A stretch of DNA of 64,000 nucleotides from Candidatus Nanopelagicales bacterium (GTDB lineage: Bacteria > Actinomycetota > Actinomycetes > S36-B12 > CAIYMF01), in NCBI GenBank assembly GCA_049688395.1, contig JBAVKQ010000093.1, forward strand, positions 2,775 through 66,774, read 5' to 3'. A program made the position numbers and the translations under genes. Of the stretch, positions 1 to 9,957 are shown piece after piece; position 1 is the first letter of the stretch, and each line of letters begins with the position of its first letter. The notes beneath the pieces are model-generated. The model was not told the origin of the DNA. It saw only the letters and a list, made by a program, of their open reading frames with translations, and ran no database searches.

Positions 1-633
1 CTCGCGGAGCGCAAGTGGCTCCCGGCCCTGGCCGAATCGTTGGCCGGCACCGGCGCCGAGGTGCTGATGGCCCAACCGGCGGTCCTGCGGGCCATCACCG
101 GATACCGGGTGCACCGGGGCGCGCTGGCCTCGTTCGGCCGGCCGGTGCTGCCCGAACCAGGCGCGCTGCTGGCCTCGGCCAGATTCGTCGCAGTGCTCGT
201 CGACCTCGTGGACCACACCAACGTGGGCGCGATCTTCCGCAGCGCCGCTGCGCTGGGCGTCGACGCCGTCCTGGTGAGCCCCGGCTGCGCCGACCCGCTG
301 TACCGACGCTCGGTGAAGGTGTCGATGGGGGCGGTCCTCGCCGTGCCGTGGACCCGATCCGGTCGAGACCCGCTGCGCGACCTGGCCGGGTTCACCACCG
401 TGGCCCTGACCCCGGCCGTTGCTGCCACGTCGCTGCGCGACCTGCCGGCGATCGACGGGCCGCGCGCGGTCCTGCTGGGCACCGAGGGTGACGGGTTGTC
501 GACCGGGCTCCTGGCCCGCGCGGACCTGCGAGTGCGGATCCCGATGTCCGCCGGTGTCGACAGCCTCAACGTGGCCGCTGCCAGCGCCATCGCACTGCAC
601 GCCCTGGCCCCCGAGCCGGCCGCGGCGACCTGA
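1..633 (+). CDS. TrmH/SpoU-family RNA 2'-O-methyltransferase, 5' end cut by window edge
   Basis: Frame 1 is open from nt 1. C-terminal SpoU-type motifs are present (NVGAIFRSAAALGVDAVL, LLGTEGDGL, IPMSAGVDSLNVAAASAIALH). Confidence 0.8.
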   Translation, partial: LAERKWLPALAESLAGTGAEVLMAQPAVLRAITGYRVHRGALASFGRPVLPEPGALLASARFVAVLVDLVDHTNVGAIFRSAAALGVDAVLVSPGCADPLYRRSVKVSMGAVLAVPWTRSGRDPLRDLAGFTTVALTPAVAATSLRDLPAIDGPRAVLLGTEGDGLSTGLLARADLRVRIPMSAGVDSLNVAAASAIALHALAPEPAAAT

Positions 634-770
634 CCCACCCGACCTGGCGTCACGCGATCGCGGGATCGGTGTCCCTCAGGGCCGCCACGACCGACATCTG
701 CCCCATACTGTGCCGATGGATGCGCGTCGGCGCATCGACGCAAGTCCTGGCCGAGCCTGTGGGAGGGCAC

Positions 771-2924
771 GTGAACCGGCGCAGCGAGACCTGGTCGAAG
801 GCGCTCCTCGTGGTCGGGGCGCTCGGCCTGTTCCTGACCGGGATCTTCGGCTGGCTGAACTCGTCGGTCGTCAACGGCGAACACTTCGCCGACCTCGTCA
901 ACCAGGTGCGCCACGACCAGTCCGTGCGTGTGGAGGTGGGCCAGGTCGTGGCGGCCGCGGCCCTGGACGCCCAGCCCGACCTGATCGCCATCGAACCGGC
1001 GATCGCCGCTGGAGCTGCGGCCGTGGCCAGCAGTCCGGTGCTGGACCCGGTCTTCACCCAGGCGGTCCGGTCCTTCCACGATGCCCTGACAGTCCCCGGC
1101 AGCGACTCCGCGGTGCTGACCGTCGCCGACCTGGGGGCTACCGTCAGCACGGCGCTCGACCGGTTCGTCCCCGAGGTGGCCGCCGTCATCCCGGACGACC
1201 TGAACCTCACCCTGGCCGAGGTGGGTGGGCAGACGGGCGTGGCCGAGCAGATCATCCCGATCATCCAGGCCGTGGCCACCCTGGCCTGGGTCGTCCCGCT
1301 GCTGGCACTGCTGGCGATCGTCCTGGGCCTGCTGATCTCCCCGGACCGTCGGATCTCCACGGTGCGCCTGGGCTGGATGACGCTGGTGGTCTCCGGCTTC
1401 CTCGGCCTGCTGGTGATCGGCATGAACGTGGCCAGCATGCTGGTCGACGACTCCACCCTGCGGGGGGCGGTCGTCGCGGCCGGTCTGGAGGTGTTCAGCC
1501 AGCCGCTGAGTGTCCGGTTCGTCGCGATGGGTGTCATCGGTGGCTTGCTGGTCGCCTCTGCTGGTGCTCTGCTGCCCCAGGTGGACGTGACCCGGCATGC
1601 CCGCTTCGCGATGAGCCTGCTCGGGCGGCGCCCGACCTCCACCTCCTGGTCGATCGTCCGGGCGATGGCCGTCATCGGCCTGGGGCTGCTGATCGTGCTC
1701 TTCCCCACGCGCAGCGCGCAGATCATCGTGGTGATCGCCGGGCTCGCAGTGCTGCTGTACGGCATCTCCGAGCTCGATGCGCTGGCCGAGCGCGACCTGG
1801 CTGCCGACGAGAGTCGCCAGGCCGCGGCCCGGGCGGCTGCCGGGCCCGACGAGGAGCCCGAGCCGGGCCGACGTTCCCCGGCGCGTTGGCTGATCCCCGC
1901 GGCGGGAGCGGCCGCCGGGCTGCTGGTGATCGCAGCCCTGATCATCCCCAGCCAGCTGCCACAGGGCTCGGGCCTGGTCGATGCCTCCGCGGTCGACACG
2001 ACGGGCTGCAACGGCCACGACGAGCTCTGCGACGTTCCCTTCGACCAGGTCGCGATCGCCGCCACGCACAACTCCATGTCGATCGCCGACGGCACCTGGT
2101 TCCTGGCCGAGCAGCCCAAGGACATGATCGACTCCCTGGACGACGGCATCCGGGGTCTTCTGGTCGACACCTGGTACGCCCAGCCCACCGCCGACGGCGG
2201 GGCGATCATGGCCGACCGGTCGCTGGCGGGGGCCGAGGCGCAGCTGCGGGCGACCTACGGCGAGCAGGTCACCGCCTCCGTTCGCCGCACGATCGACCGG
2301 GCCCGCCGGGACGCGCCGACCGGCCCGCCCGAGCCGTACTTCTGCCACACCGTCTGCGAGATCGGATCGGACCCGATGGCCCCGATCATGAAGCGTCTGG
2401 ACACCTGGCTCGACGAGCACCCGCGCGAGGTCGTCGTGCTGTTCATCCAGGACACCGTGACGCCCGCGGACACCGACGCAGTGCTGCGCGCAGCCGGTCT
2501 GGTCGAGCGGGCCTACGTGCACCCGGACGGTGCGCAGTGGCCGACGTTGGGCCAGATGATCGACGCCGACCAGCGTCTCCTGGTCCTGATGGAGAACGAG
2601 GGCGGCGGCACCGAGTTCCCGTACCTGCATCAGGGTTTCGACCTCGTGGCGGACACCGCGTACACCTTCGACACGGCAGCGGACTTCACCTGCACGCTCG
2701 AGCGGGGCAGGCCCGACAGCCCCTTGTTCGCGATCAACCACTGGCTGGCCGGCTTCACCCGGCTGGTCTCCAACTCCGAACAGGTCAACGCCTACGACGT
2801 GCTGCGCGCGCGTGTCGACGAATGCCAGGCGGTGCGCGATCGATCCCCGGGGCTGATCGCGGTCAACTGGTACGACCGCGGAGACCTGTTCCGAGTGGTC
2901 GACGAGCTCAACGGCGTGGGCTAG
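771..2924 (+). CDS. Multi-pass membrane protein with C-terminal PLC-like phosphodiesterase (PI-PLC X-box-like) domain
   Basis: ORF 669..2924. The likely start is GTG 771, preceded by gggaggg. The N-terminal ~400 aa are hydrophobic helices. The C-terminal part has ATHNSMS...GIRGLLVDTWY, typical of PLC-like phosphodiesterases. Confidence 0.6.
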   Translation: MNRRSETWSKALLVVGALGLFLTGIFGWLNSSVVNGEHFADLVNQVRHDQSVRVEVGQVVAAAALDAQPDLIAIEPAIAAGAAAVASSPVLDPVFTQAVRSFHDALTVPGSDSAVLTVADLGATVSTALDRFVPEVAAVIPDDLNLTLAEVGGQTGVAEQIIPIIQAVATLAWVVPLLALLAIVLGLLISPDRRISTVRLGWMTLVVSGFLGLLVIGMNVASMLVDDSTLRGAVVAAGLEVFSQPLSVRFVAMGVIGGLLVASAGALLPQVDVTRHARFAMSLLGRRPTSTSWSIVRAMAVIGLGLLIVLFPTRSAQIIVVIAGLAVLLYGISELDALAERDLAADESRQAAARAAAGPDEEPEPGRRSPARWLIPAAGAAAGLLVIAALIIPSQLPQGSGLVDASAVDTTGCNGHDELCDVPFDQVAIAATHNSMSIADGTWFLAEQPKDMIDSLDDGIRGLLVDTWYAQPTADGGAIMADRSLAGAEAQLRATYGEQVTASVRRTIDRARRDAPTGPPEPYFCHTVCEIGSDPMAPIMKRLDTWLDEHPREVVVLFIQDTVTPADTDAVLRAAGLVERAYVHPDGAQWPTLGQMIDADQRLLVLMENEGGGTEFPYLHQGFDLVADTAYTFDTAADFTCTLERGRPDSPLFAINHWLAGFTRLVSNSEQVNAYDVLRARVDECQAVRDRSPGLIAVNWYDRGDLFRVVDELNGVG

Positions 2925-2959
2925 TCATCGGCGGGCGTCGACCACTTTGCCCTGACAGG

Positions 2960-5107
2960 ATGGCGCGTGTGCGTGCCCTCTACCTGACCAGCGTCGAAGC
3001 ATCCAGCGGCAAGTCCGTGATCGCCCTGGGTCTCATGGAGACCCTGACCCGCTCGATGAGCCGGGTCGGCTACTTCCGGCCGGTGATCCGTGCCGGAGGT
3101 GCTCTGGACAACCGGATCGAGTTGTTCCGCACCCGCTACAAGCTCGACCAGTCCTACGAGGAGTCCTACGGCGCCACCACCGACGACACCCGGGACTTCG
3201 GCGGCAATCATGTCGAACCCGCGCTGGTCGGCCGAACCATCGACCGATTCCAGCGCCTGGCCCGGCGGTGCGACTACGTGCTCGTCGAGGGCACCGACTA
3301 TCTCGGCGCGTCCAAGGCCTTCGAGTTCTCGCTGAACGCCGAGATCGCCTCGAACCTGGGCGCAGTCGCCCTGGTCGTCCTGACCGCCGAGAACAACGCC
3401 CCCGAGCAGGTCAACGGCGCGATGACCGCAGCCATCGACGGGCTGGGGGAACGCGGGGTGCCCACCGTCGGCGCCTTCGTCAACCGGGTGCCGGCCTCGG
3501 ACTGGGCCGCCGTGCAGAGGGCCGTACGCAGCACCCCGGTGCCGGTCTGGCTGCTGCCCGAGCTGGCTTCGCTGACCCATCCGACGATTCAGCAGGTGGC
3601 CGACGCGGCCGGGGCCCGCCTGCTGCTCGGGCCCGTGGAGGACCTGACCCGGGCAGTGCCCGACATCAAGGTCGCGGCGATGAGCGTGCCCCGACTCATG
3701 GACCACCTGTCCGAGGGGACGCTGCTGATCACCCCCGGGGACCGCTCGGACGTCCTCATGGCCGCCTACTCGTCGCGGCAGTCCGAGGCGATCCCCGCCG
3801 TCTCCGGGGTGATCCTCACCGGCGGACTGGACCCCGACCCGACTGTGCTGCGCTTCGCGCAGGGGGTCACCCCCGCAGGTGCCATGCCCGTGCTGGTCAC
3901 CGACCTCGACACGTTCGACACGGCCGCCGCGATCGCCGGCCTGCACGCCGAGATCGGGCCCGACGATTCGCGCAAGATCAACGACGCCCTGAGCCTGTTC
4001 GAGGAGCACGTCGACGAGGCGGCGCTGGAGTCGCGGGTCGACGTGGTCCGCTCCACGACGATGACCCCGATGATGTTCGAGCACAAGCTCGTGGAACGCG
4101 CCCGCTCGGACCGCAAGCACATCGTGCTGCCCGAGGGCGAGGACGACCGGATCCTGGCAGCCGCCGATCGGCTGCTGCGCCGCAACGTCGTGGACCTGAC
4201 CATCCTCGGGCGACCCGAGGCCCTGGCCGATCGTGCCCGCACGCTCGGTTTGGACATCTCCGCGGCCCGGATCATCGACCCGGAGACCGACCAGCTGCGC
4301 GACGTGTTCGCCGCCGACCTCGTCGAGTTGCGCAAGGCCAAGCACCTGGCCCTGGACGCCGCGCTGGACATGGTCGCCGACGTGTCCTACTTCGGCACGA
4401 TGATGGTCTGGAAGGGCCTGGCCGACGGGATGGTCTCCGGGGCGGCGCACACCACGGCACACACCATCCGGCCCGCGCTGCAGATCATCAAGACCAGCCC
4501 GGGGGTGTCCATCGTCTCGAGCGTGTTCTTCATGGCCCTCGAGGACCGCGTGCTGGTCTACGGCGACTGCGCGGTGAACCCCGACCCGAACGCCGAGCAG
4601 CTGGCCGACATCGCGGTCTCCTCGGCCACGACCGCCGCGGCGTTCGGAGTCGAGCCGCGGGTGGCGATGCTCAGCTACTCCACCGGCGCCTCCGGCATGG
4701 GCGTGGACGTGGAGAAGGTGCGCGCAGCCACCGAGCTGGCCCGCGAGCGCCGGCCGGACCTGCCCATCGAGGGCCCGATCCAGTACGACGCCGCGGTGGA
4801 CGTGGCGGTGGCCAAGTCGAAGTTGCCGGGCTCGGAGGTCGCCGGCCGGGCGACGGTCTTCATCTTCCCCGACCTGAACACCGGTAACAACACCTACAAG
4901 GCGGTGCAGCGCTCGGCCAACGCCGTGGCGATCGGCCCGGTGCTCCAGGGCCTGCGGCTGCCGGTCAACGACCTGTCCCGCGGCGCGCTGGTCGAGGACA
5001 TCATCAACACCGTGGTCATCACGGCCGTACAGGCCCAGCAGGCCCACACAGCCCCACAGGTCGAGCCGGTCGAGCCGGTCGCGATCCCCGCCGAGGAAGG
5101 TGCCTGA
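2960..5107 (+). CDS. pta: Phosphate acetyltransferase, long form with N-terminal regulatory domain
   Basis: ATG at 2960 lies inside the long ORF 419..5107 (MARVRALYLTSVEASSGKSVIALGLME...). The C-terminal PTA_PTB region is present (HIVLPEGEDDRIL...SGAAHTTAHTIRPALQIIKT). It sits directly upstream of ackA. Confidence 0.93.
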   Translation: MARVRALYLTSVEASSGKSVIALGLMETLTRSMSRVGYFRPVIRAGGALDNRIELFRTRYKLDQSYEESYGATTDDTRDFGGNHVEPALVGRTIDRFQRLARRCDYVLVEGTDYLGASKAFEFSLNAEIASNLGAVALVVLTAENNAPEQVNGAMTAAIDGLGERGVPTVGAFVNRVPASDWAAVQRAVRSTPVPVWLLPELASLTHPTIQQVADAAGARLLLGPVEDLTRAVPDIKVAAMSVPRLMDHLSEGTLLITPGDRSDVLMAAYSSRQSEAIPAVSGVILTGGLDPDPTVLRFAQGVTPAGAMPVLVTDLDTFDTAAAIAGLHAEIGPDDSRKINDALSLFEEHVDEAALESRVDVVRSTTMTPMMFEHKLVERARSDRKHIVLPEGEDDRILAAADRLLRRNVVDLTILGRPEALADRARTLGLDISAARIIDPETDQLRDVFAADLVELRKAKHLALDAALDMVADVSYFGTMMVWKGLADGMVSGAAHTTAHTIRPALQIIKTSPGVSIVSSVFFMALEDRVLVYGDCAVNPDPNAEQLADIAVSSATTAAAFGVEPRVAMLSYSTGASGMGVDVEKVRAATELARERRPDLPIEGPIQYDAAVDVAVAKSKLPGSEVAGRATVFIFPDLNTGNNTYKAVQRSANAVAIGPVLQGLRLPVNDLSRGALVEDIINTVVITAVQAQQAHTAPQVEPVEPVAIPAEEGA

Positions 5108-5110
5108 GCC

Positions 5111-6328
5111 ATGCTCGTGCTCGTCGTCAACGCCGGGTCGTCGTCGCTGAAGTACCAGCTGGTCGACACCGTGTCCGCCGTGGTCTGGGCCACCGGGCTG
5201 GTCGAGCGGATCGGCGAAGCCTCCTCCTCGATCACTCATCGCTCCCGGATCCGCAGCGGCGCGGACGCGGAACCGGTCACGGTCCGCTCCGAGCAGGTGG
5301 TCGCCGACCATGCGCAGGCCTTCGCGGCGCTCAGCGCCCAGTTCGCCGCGACCGGTGCGGCCCACGAGGTGGGCGAGCTCGTGGGCGTGGGCCATCGGGT
5401 GGTCCAGGGTGCCGACGTGTTCAGCGAGCCCACGGTCGTCACCCCCGAGGTGGTCCAGGTCATCCGCGAGCTGATCCCGCTGGCGCCGCTGCACAACCCC
5501 GCCAGCGTCGCCGGTCTCGAGTCGGCGATGGCGGCCTTCCCGGACGTGCCGCACGTGGCCGTCTTCGACACCGCGTTCCACTCGACCATCCCGGCCGCGG
5601 CCTACACCTACGCGATCGACCAGGAGGTGGCCCGCGCCCATCGGATCCGCCGCTACGGTTTCCACGGCACCTCGCACAAGTACGTCACCGAGGCGGCCGC
5701 CCGGGTGCTGGGCAAGCCGGTGGCGGCCGTGGACCTGGTCACCCTGCACCTGGGCAACGGCGCCTCGGCGTGCGCCGTGCGCGGTGGGCGCAGCGTGGAG
5801 ACCTCCATGGGCCTGACCCCGCTGGAGGGCCTGGTCATGGGCACCCGCTCCGGGGACGTCGACCCGGCGTTGGTCTACCACCTGATCACCACGGCGGGCA
5901 TGAGTGCGGCCGAGGTCGACGACCTGCTCAACAAGCGCAGCGGTCTGCTCGGCCTGTGCGGCCAGAACGATCTGCGCGAGGTGCACCGGTTGGCCGCCAC
6001 GGGCGACGCCGACGCCGAGCTGGCCCTGTCGGTGTACGTGCACCGAATCCGCAAGTACCTGGGGGCCTACCTGGCTGTCCTGGGCCGGGCCGACGCGATC
6101 GTGTTCACAGCCGGCGTCGGGGAGAACGACCCGGAGATCCGGCGTCGGGTGATCGCGGGCCTGGAGATGATCGGCGTGGCCATCGATGCGGGCCGCAACG
6201 CGAACCTGCGCGGCAGCACGGTGCCGGTGGACCTGTCGTTCCCCGGAGCACCGATCAAGGTGCTCGTGGTCCCGACCAACGAGGAGCTGGAGATCGCGCG
6301 GCAGACCTCGGCGGCGGTCCGCGGCTGA
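5111..6328 (+). CDS. ackA: Acetate kinase
   Basis: MLVLVVNAGSSSLKYQL..., GHRVVQG, RRYGFHGTSH, GNGAS, END motifs. It starts 4 nt after the pta stop. Confidence 0.95.
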   Translation: MLVLVVNAGSSSLKYQLVDTVSAVVWATGLVERIGEASSSITHRSRIRSGADAEPVTVRSEQVVADHAQAFAALSAQFAATGAAHEVGELVGVGHRVVQGADVFSEPTVVTPEVVQVIRELIPLAPLHNPASVAGLESAMAAFPDVPHVAVFDTAFHSTIPAAAYTYAIDQEVARAHRIRRYGFHGTSHKYVTEAAARVLGKPVAAVDLVTLHLGNGASACAVRGGRSVETSMGLTPLEGLVMGTRSGDVDPALVYHLITTAGMSAAEVDDLLNKRSGLLGLCGQNDLREVHRLAATGDADAELALSVYVHRIRKYLGAYLAVLGRADAIVFTAGVGENDPEIRRRVIAGLEMIGVAIDAGRNANLRGSTVPVDLSFPGAPIKVLVVPTNEELEIARQTSAAVRG

Positions 6329-6462
6329 CTCCGAGCACGGACCTGTGTGCTGCGTCACGACGACGGCACTGCTGCGATGCGATTGGGACAGAAGTGGGAG
6401 GCAGCGGGCTTGTTCCCTCGGGGTTCTTGGTTCACTCTTGGCGCAGAGGAGAGGAGCCCTAC

Positions 6463-6912
6463 ATGACTGCCATCACCACCGACCTCCACACCGGGATCGA
6501 CCTGCGGGTCACCGACTACACGCGGGCCCACGACCGCCTCGTCGGGCTGCTCGGCGATCGTCGTGGCGTGATCACCTGGTGGATCGACCTCACCCGCCAG
6601 CTCGACGAGCTGGCCGACGCGATCCGCACCACGGCGGGCAATCTGGTGGACCCCGACGGGTTCACCGAGCAGATCCGCGACGATGCCCCACACCTCATGG
6701 GCCGCTGGCTGCGCCTGAGTGCGGAGCGTGACGACCTCGATCGGGCCGTGACCGACGTCCGGATCCTGGCCGGGTCCAGCGCCGGTGACCCCACGGCCGT
6801 CGACACCGTGATCACGGCGGTGCGCGATGTGCTCAATCGGGCACGGCGCTACCAGGAGCGGACCACCGATGTCCTGCTCGACGCCTACGAGCGCGACCTC
6901 GGCGGCGAGTAA
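6463..6912 (+). CDS. Hypothetical protein (~149 aa, predicted helical), no family recognised
   Basis: ATG 6463 is preceded by agaggagaggag. Codon usage is consistent with neighbouring genes. No motif was recognised. Confidence 0.5.
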   Translation: MTAITTDLHTGIDLRVTDYTRAHDRLVGLLGDRRGVITWWIDLTRQLDELADAIRTTAGNLVDPDGFTEQIRDDAPHLMGRWLRLSAERDDLDRAVTDVRILAGSSAGDPTAVDTVITAVRDVLNRARRYQERTTDVLLDAYERDLGGE

Positions 6913-6998
6913 GCGAACCGATCGTCGACCCCCGGGCCGCCCCGCCGAATCCCCCCATCCGGCTGGAGCGGCCCGGTTTCTGTGGTGGCCCCCGGGGC

Positions 6999-7622
6999 TC
7001 AGCGCAGACCGTGCTCGTCGACCGCGTCGTCGATCAGTCGGGCGAATGCGCGCTGGCCGGCTGAGGTGAGGTGGATCCGGTCGGCGGCGAACCAACGGCG
7101 ATGCCCAGCGCTGTGGCCGTACCAGTCGATGATCCGGACCCGGGACGCCCTGTAGCGCCGGTCGCAGGCCCGCAGGGTCGCGAGGTTTGCCTGCTGCCAG
7201 CTGCGGGGCACCCGCGGGGTCACCAGGAACACCCGCCGGTGCGTGCCTGCCGTGCGCACGACCGCGCGGCAGTCCGCGGCCCGGACGGTCCCGTTGGTGC
7301 CCAACTCCACGACGACCTGGCGCGGCAGTGCCGCACCGTAGCTGCGCAGGACGCCGGGCGCGGTGCTGAACTGGCGGCCCACCGCGGCGTGCACCCGGAA
7401 ACCGGTGCGTCGCATCCGCGGGGTGACGCTGACCATCAGTGAATCGCCCACCGCGAGCCGGCCCCTGGGCGCCGCGGCCGCAGGCGTCCGGACCGGGAGC
7501 AGGGCCACAGCATTCGGGGCGGCCACAGCAGTCGGGCTCACGCCGGGGGAGGTGGGCAGCGCGAGGGCTATCAGCAGGGTCGCGAGCCCGGTCGTGATTC
7601 CTTTACGTAGCCATTCCGTCAC
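6999..7622 (-). CDS. Secreted SGNH/GDSL-like hydrolase
   Basis: N-terminal signal-like segment (GLATLLIALALPTSPG...AAP), a GDS block (AVGDSLM) and a C-terminal DRIHLT block. Confidence 0.65.
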   Translation of the reverse strand: MTEWLRKGITTGLATLLIALALPTSPGVSPTAVAAPNAVALLPVRTPAAAAPRGRLAVGDSLMVSVTPRMRRTGFRVHAAVGRQFSTAPGVLRSYGAALPRQVVVELGTNGTVRAADCRAVVRTAGTHRRVFLVTPRVPRSWQQANLATLRACDRRYRASRVRIIDWYGHSAGHRRWFAADRIHLTSAGQRAFARLIDDAVDEHGLR

Positions 7623-7682
7623 GCGTCGTAGTCTGCCAGTGACCGGGAGGTAAGGGAACCGGGCAGGGTGCCGGTGGGCGGG

Positions 7683-8147
7683 TCAGGCGCTGCTGCTCAG
7701 CAGGCCGTCGCACAGATCCTGGATCGCGGTGGTGGGGGTCGTCGCATGCCAGAACCGTCGCTCCACGAGGTCGAGCACGTCGATGCGGTCCAGGTCCGCA
7801 TCGCGCAGGTGCGGGTCCAGCCCGCCGTACAGCTCCCCCAGAGAGCAGCAGTCCAACGCCACTGTCCTCGCCCGCGCGCTGGTCGGCACCTGGCCGAGCA
7901 CGCGATCACCGAATGCGGCGATCGCGGCCTGCGCGCTGGTGGCCGGCACGAGGACCGTCAACCAGATGCGTCCTGAGCAGGCGATGCGCAGCAGTTCGCG
8001 CCCGGGCAGCTGCAACGACCGGGTGAGGTGCTCGACGTCGATACCCCTCGAATCGACCTCGAGCACCATGTCCACCACCATGTCCAGCACGAGATCCTCC
8101 GCGAGGTCCTCCACGAGGTCGTGCAGGGTTGCTGCGTTGCCCACCAT
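7683..8147 (-). CDS. Hypothetical acidic cytosolic protein
   Basis: ATG 8147 is preceded by gggagga. The N-terminus is Asp/Glu/Leu-rich (DLVEDLAEDLVLDMVVDMVLEVD). No family was recognised. Confidence 0.45.
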   Translation of the reverse strand: MVGNAATLHDLVEDLAEDLVLDMVVDMVLEVDSRGIDVEHLTRSLQLPGRELLRIACSGRIWLTVLVPATSAQAAIAAFGDRVLGQVPTSARARTVALDCCSLGELYGGLDPHLRDADLDRIDVLDLVERRFWHATTPTTAIQDLCDGLLSSSA

Positions 8148-8335
8148 TGGTCGTCCTCCCTCGGCTGGTCCCACGCGGACCATGCTGCCCGCGCGCGCCT
8201 CCCGATCGGGGCAGGCGCGCCGGAGCACACGCGGGCAGACGCCTCCCGCGCGCGACGGTGCGTCCCGAACTCGGGACGCAGATCGGCAGTGGGGAAGCCC
8301 TGCGCGCGGTACGGGCCGCTGTTAGGGTCGCCAGC

Positions 8336-9064
8336 ATGCACAGGCTCCTCCCGGCACCCGGGGCACCACTGACCCAGGACGATGTGGTGGCGGCCTACGA
8401 CTGGCCCGCTGCGCGCTGGGTGCGGGCCTGCTTCGCTCGCACCCTCGACGGGGCCATCACCGGTCCCGATGGACTCTCAGGCTCCATCTCCAGCCCTGCC
8501 GACCGGGTGGTCATGGCTGCCATCCGCCGGTTCGCCGACGTCTACCTGGCCGGCGCCGGCACCGTGCGCGCCGAGGGGTACTCCGCGATCCGCGCCGACC
8601 TGGACCGGGCCCGTGAGCGAGTCGCTCGCGGACTGGCTCCCTCGCCCACGCTGGCTGTCGTGACCACGACGTGCGACTTCGACTGGGAGCACGTCGACTT
8701 CGTCAACTCCCAGGCACGACCGATCATGCTCACGACGGCCTCCAGCGACCCGGCCGCCCGCAGCACGGCCGAGCGCTGGTGCGAGGTCGTCATCGCCGGC
8801 GAGCACCGGGTGGAGCCGGCGCAGGCGTTGGACGCGCTCGCCGAGCGCGGCCTGACCCGCGTCTCGTTCGAGGGTGGCGACCAGCTCCTGGCCGACATGG
8901 TGCACGCCGATGCCCTCGACGAGATGGACCTGACCATCGCCCCGGTGCTCACCGGTGCCCCACATCGCGAGCGGACCGGCGAGGCTGCCCTGACCCGGAT
9001 GCGGCTGCACCAGCTGCTCGAGGACGACGGCTACCTGTTCGCCCGCTACCTGCGGCGGCAATGA
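8336..9064 (+). CDS. RibD C-terminal-domain / dihydrofolate-reductase-like reductase
   Basis: Pattern TLDGAITGPDG.SG.ISS..DR...RFADVYLAGAGTVRAEGY ... FEGG..L ... DEMDLTIAPVL, typical of the RibD_C family. Confidence 0.7.
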   Translation: MHRLLPAPGAPLTQDDVVAAYDWPAARWVRACFARTLDGAITGPDGLSGSISSPADRVVMAAIRRFADVYLAGAGTVRAEGYSAIRADLDRARERVARGLAPSPTLAVVTTTCDFDWEHVDFVNSQARPIMLTTASSDPAARSTAERWCEVVIAGEHRVEPAQALDALAERGLTRVSFEGGDQLLADMVHADALDEMDLTIAPVLTGAPHRERTGEAALTRMRLHQLLEDDGYLFARYLRRQ

Positions 9065-9065
9065 C

Positions 9066-9956
9066 GTGCTCGACCTGACCGCGCTGGCCGCTCTGGCCGG
9101 CGAGCACGGCGATGCGCTGGGCCTTCCGGTCGCTGAGGTCCGGATCGGCGGGGCCACCCACGACCTCGACGCGGAGCCCCTGGTGATGGGCGTGGTGAAC
9201 CTCTCGCGGGACTCCACCTACCGCGACTCGGTCGCGGTGTCCACGCAGTCCGCGATCCGGCGCGCGCAGGTCATGCACGCCCAGGGTGCGGGGCTCATCG
9301 ACATCGGCGCGGAGTCCAGCACCCTGCGCGCGGCTCGGGTGGCCGACGACGACCAGTCCGCGGCGATGGTCCCGGTGATCCGGGCGCTGGCCGAGCGCGG
9401 CGTGACCACGTCGGTGGAGGCGTACAGTCCGGCGGTCCTCGAAGCCTGCTTGCAGGCCGGGGCGTCGGTGGTGAACCTGACGGGCAGCAGCGACCTCTCG
9501 CGGATCTACGAACTGGCGGCCTCGCACGAGGCCGCCGTCGTCCTGTGCTTCGTCCCCGGTGCGAACGTGCGCGAGGTGGGCGACATCCCAATGGGCTGCG
9601 ACCCGATCCCGGTCCTGCTGGACTACTTCGCCGCGCGCATCGACCAGGCCCGGGCGCACGGGGTCACCGAGGTCATCATCGACCCGGGGCTGGGGTTCTA
9701 CTACGGGAACCTGACGGTGCCCGCGGTCCGGGTTCGCCACCAGGCGCAGGTCCTGCTAAACTCGTTTCGGCTGCGCGCGCTCGGGGTGCCGATCTGCCAG
9801 GCACTGCCGCATGCCTTCGACCTGTTCGAGGAGGAGTTCCGCACCGCAGAGAGCTTCTTCGCCGTGCTCGCCGCACTTGGTCGGGTCAACATCTACCGGA
9901 CGCACGAGGTGGCCCGTGTGCGGGCAACTCTGCACGCGATGCGGGCGCTGGGCTGA
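9066..9956 (+). CDS. Dihydropteroate-synthase-like pterin-binding protein (divergent)
   Basis: GTG start lies 2 nt after the upstream stop. DHPS-fold landmarks are present: VMGVVNLSRDS..., GAGLIDIGAESS, IIDPGLGF, RTHEV. The canonical TPDSFSDGG loop is replaced. Confidence 0.7.
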   Translation: MLDLTALAALAGEHGDALGLPVAEVRIGGATHDLDAEPLVMGVVNLSRDSTYRDSVAVSTQSAIRRAQVMHAQGAGLIDIGAESSTLRAARVADDDQSAAMVPVIRALAERGVTTSVEAYSPAVLEACLQAGASVVNLTGSSDLSRIYELAASHEAAVVLCFVPGANVREVGDIPMGCDPIPVLLDYFAARIDQARAHGVTEVIIDPGLGFYYGNLTVPAVRVRHQAQVLLNSFRLRALGVPICQALPHAFDLFEEEFRTAESFFAVLAALGRVNIYRTHEVARVRATLHAMRALG

Positions 9957-9957
9957 A

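Noticed and set aside
2921-6358. 1145-aa ORF on the minus strand, antisense to pta-ackA. Similar giant ORFs occur at 17967..21158(-), 23641..25686(-), 43512..45797(+), 52946..54718(+), 41854..42948(-), and in the N-terminal parts of 419..5107(+), 22053..24461(-) and 25341..27494(-).
   Set aside because: Their composition is Arg/Gly/Pro/Ala-rich and low in complexity, with no family motifs. They overlap genes that have strong homology signals on the other strand or frame. These are typical shadow ORFs of high-GC DNA.
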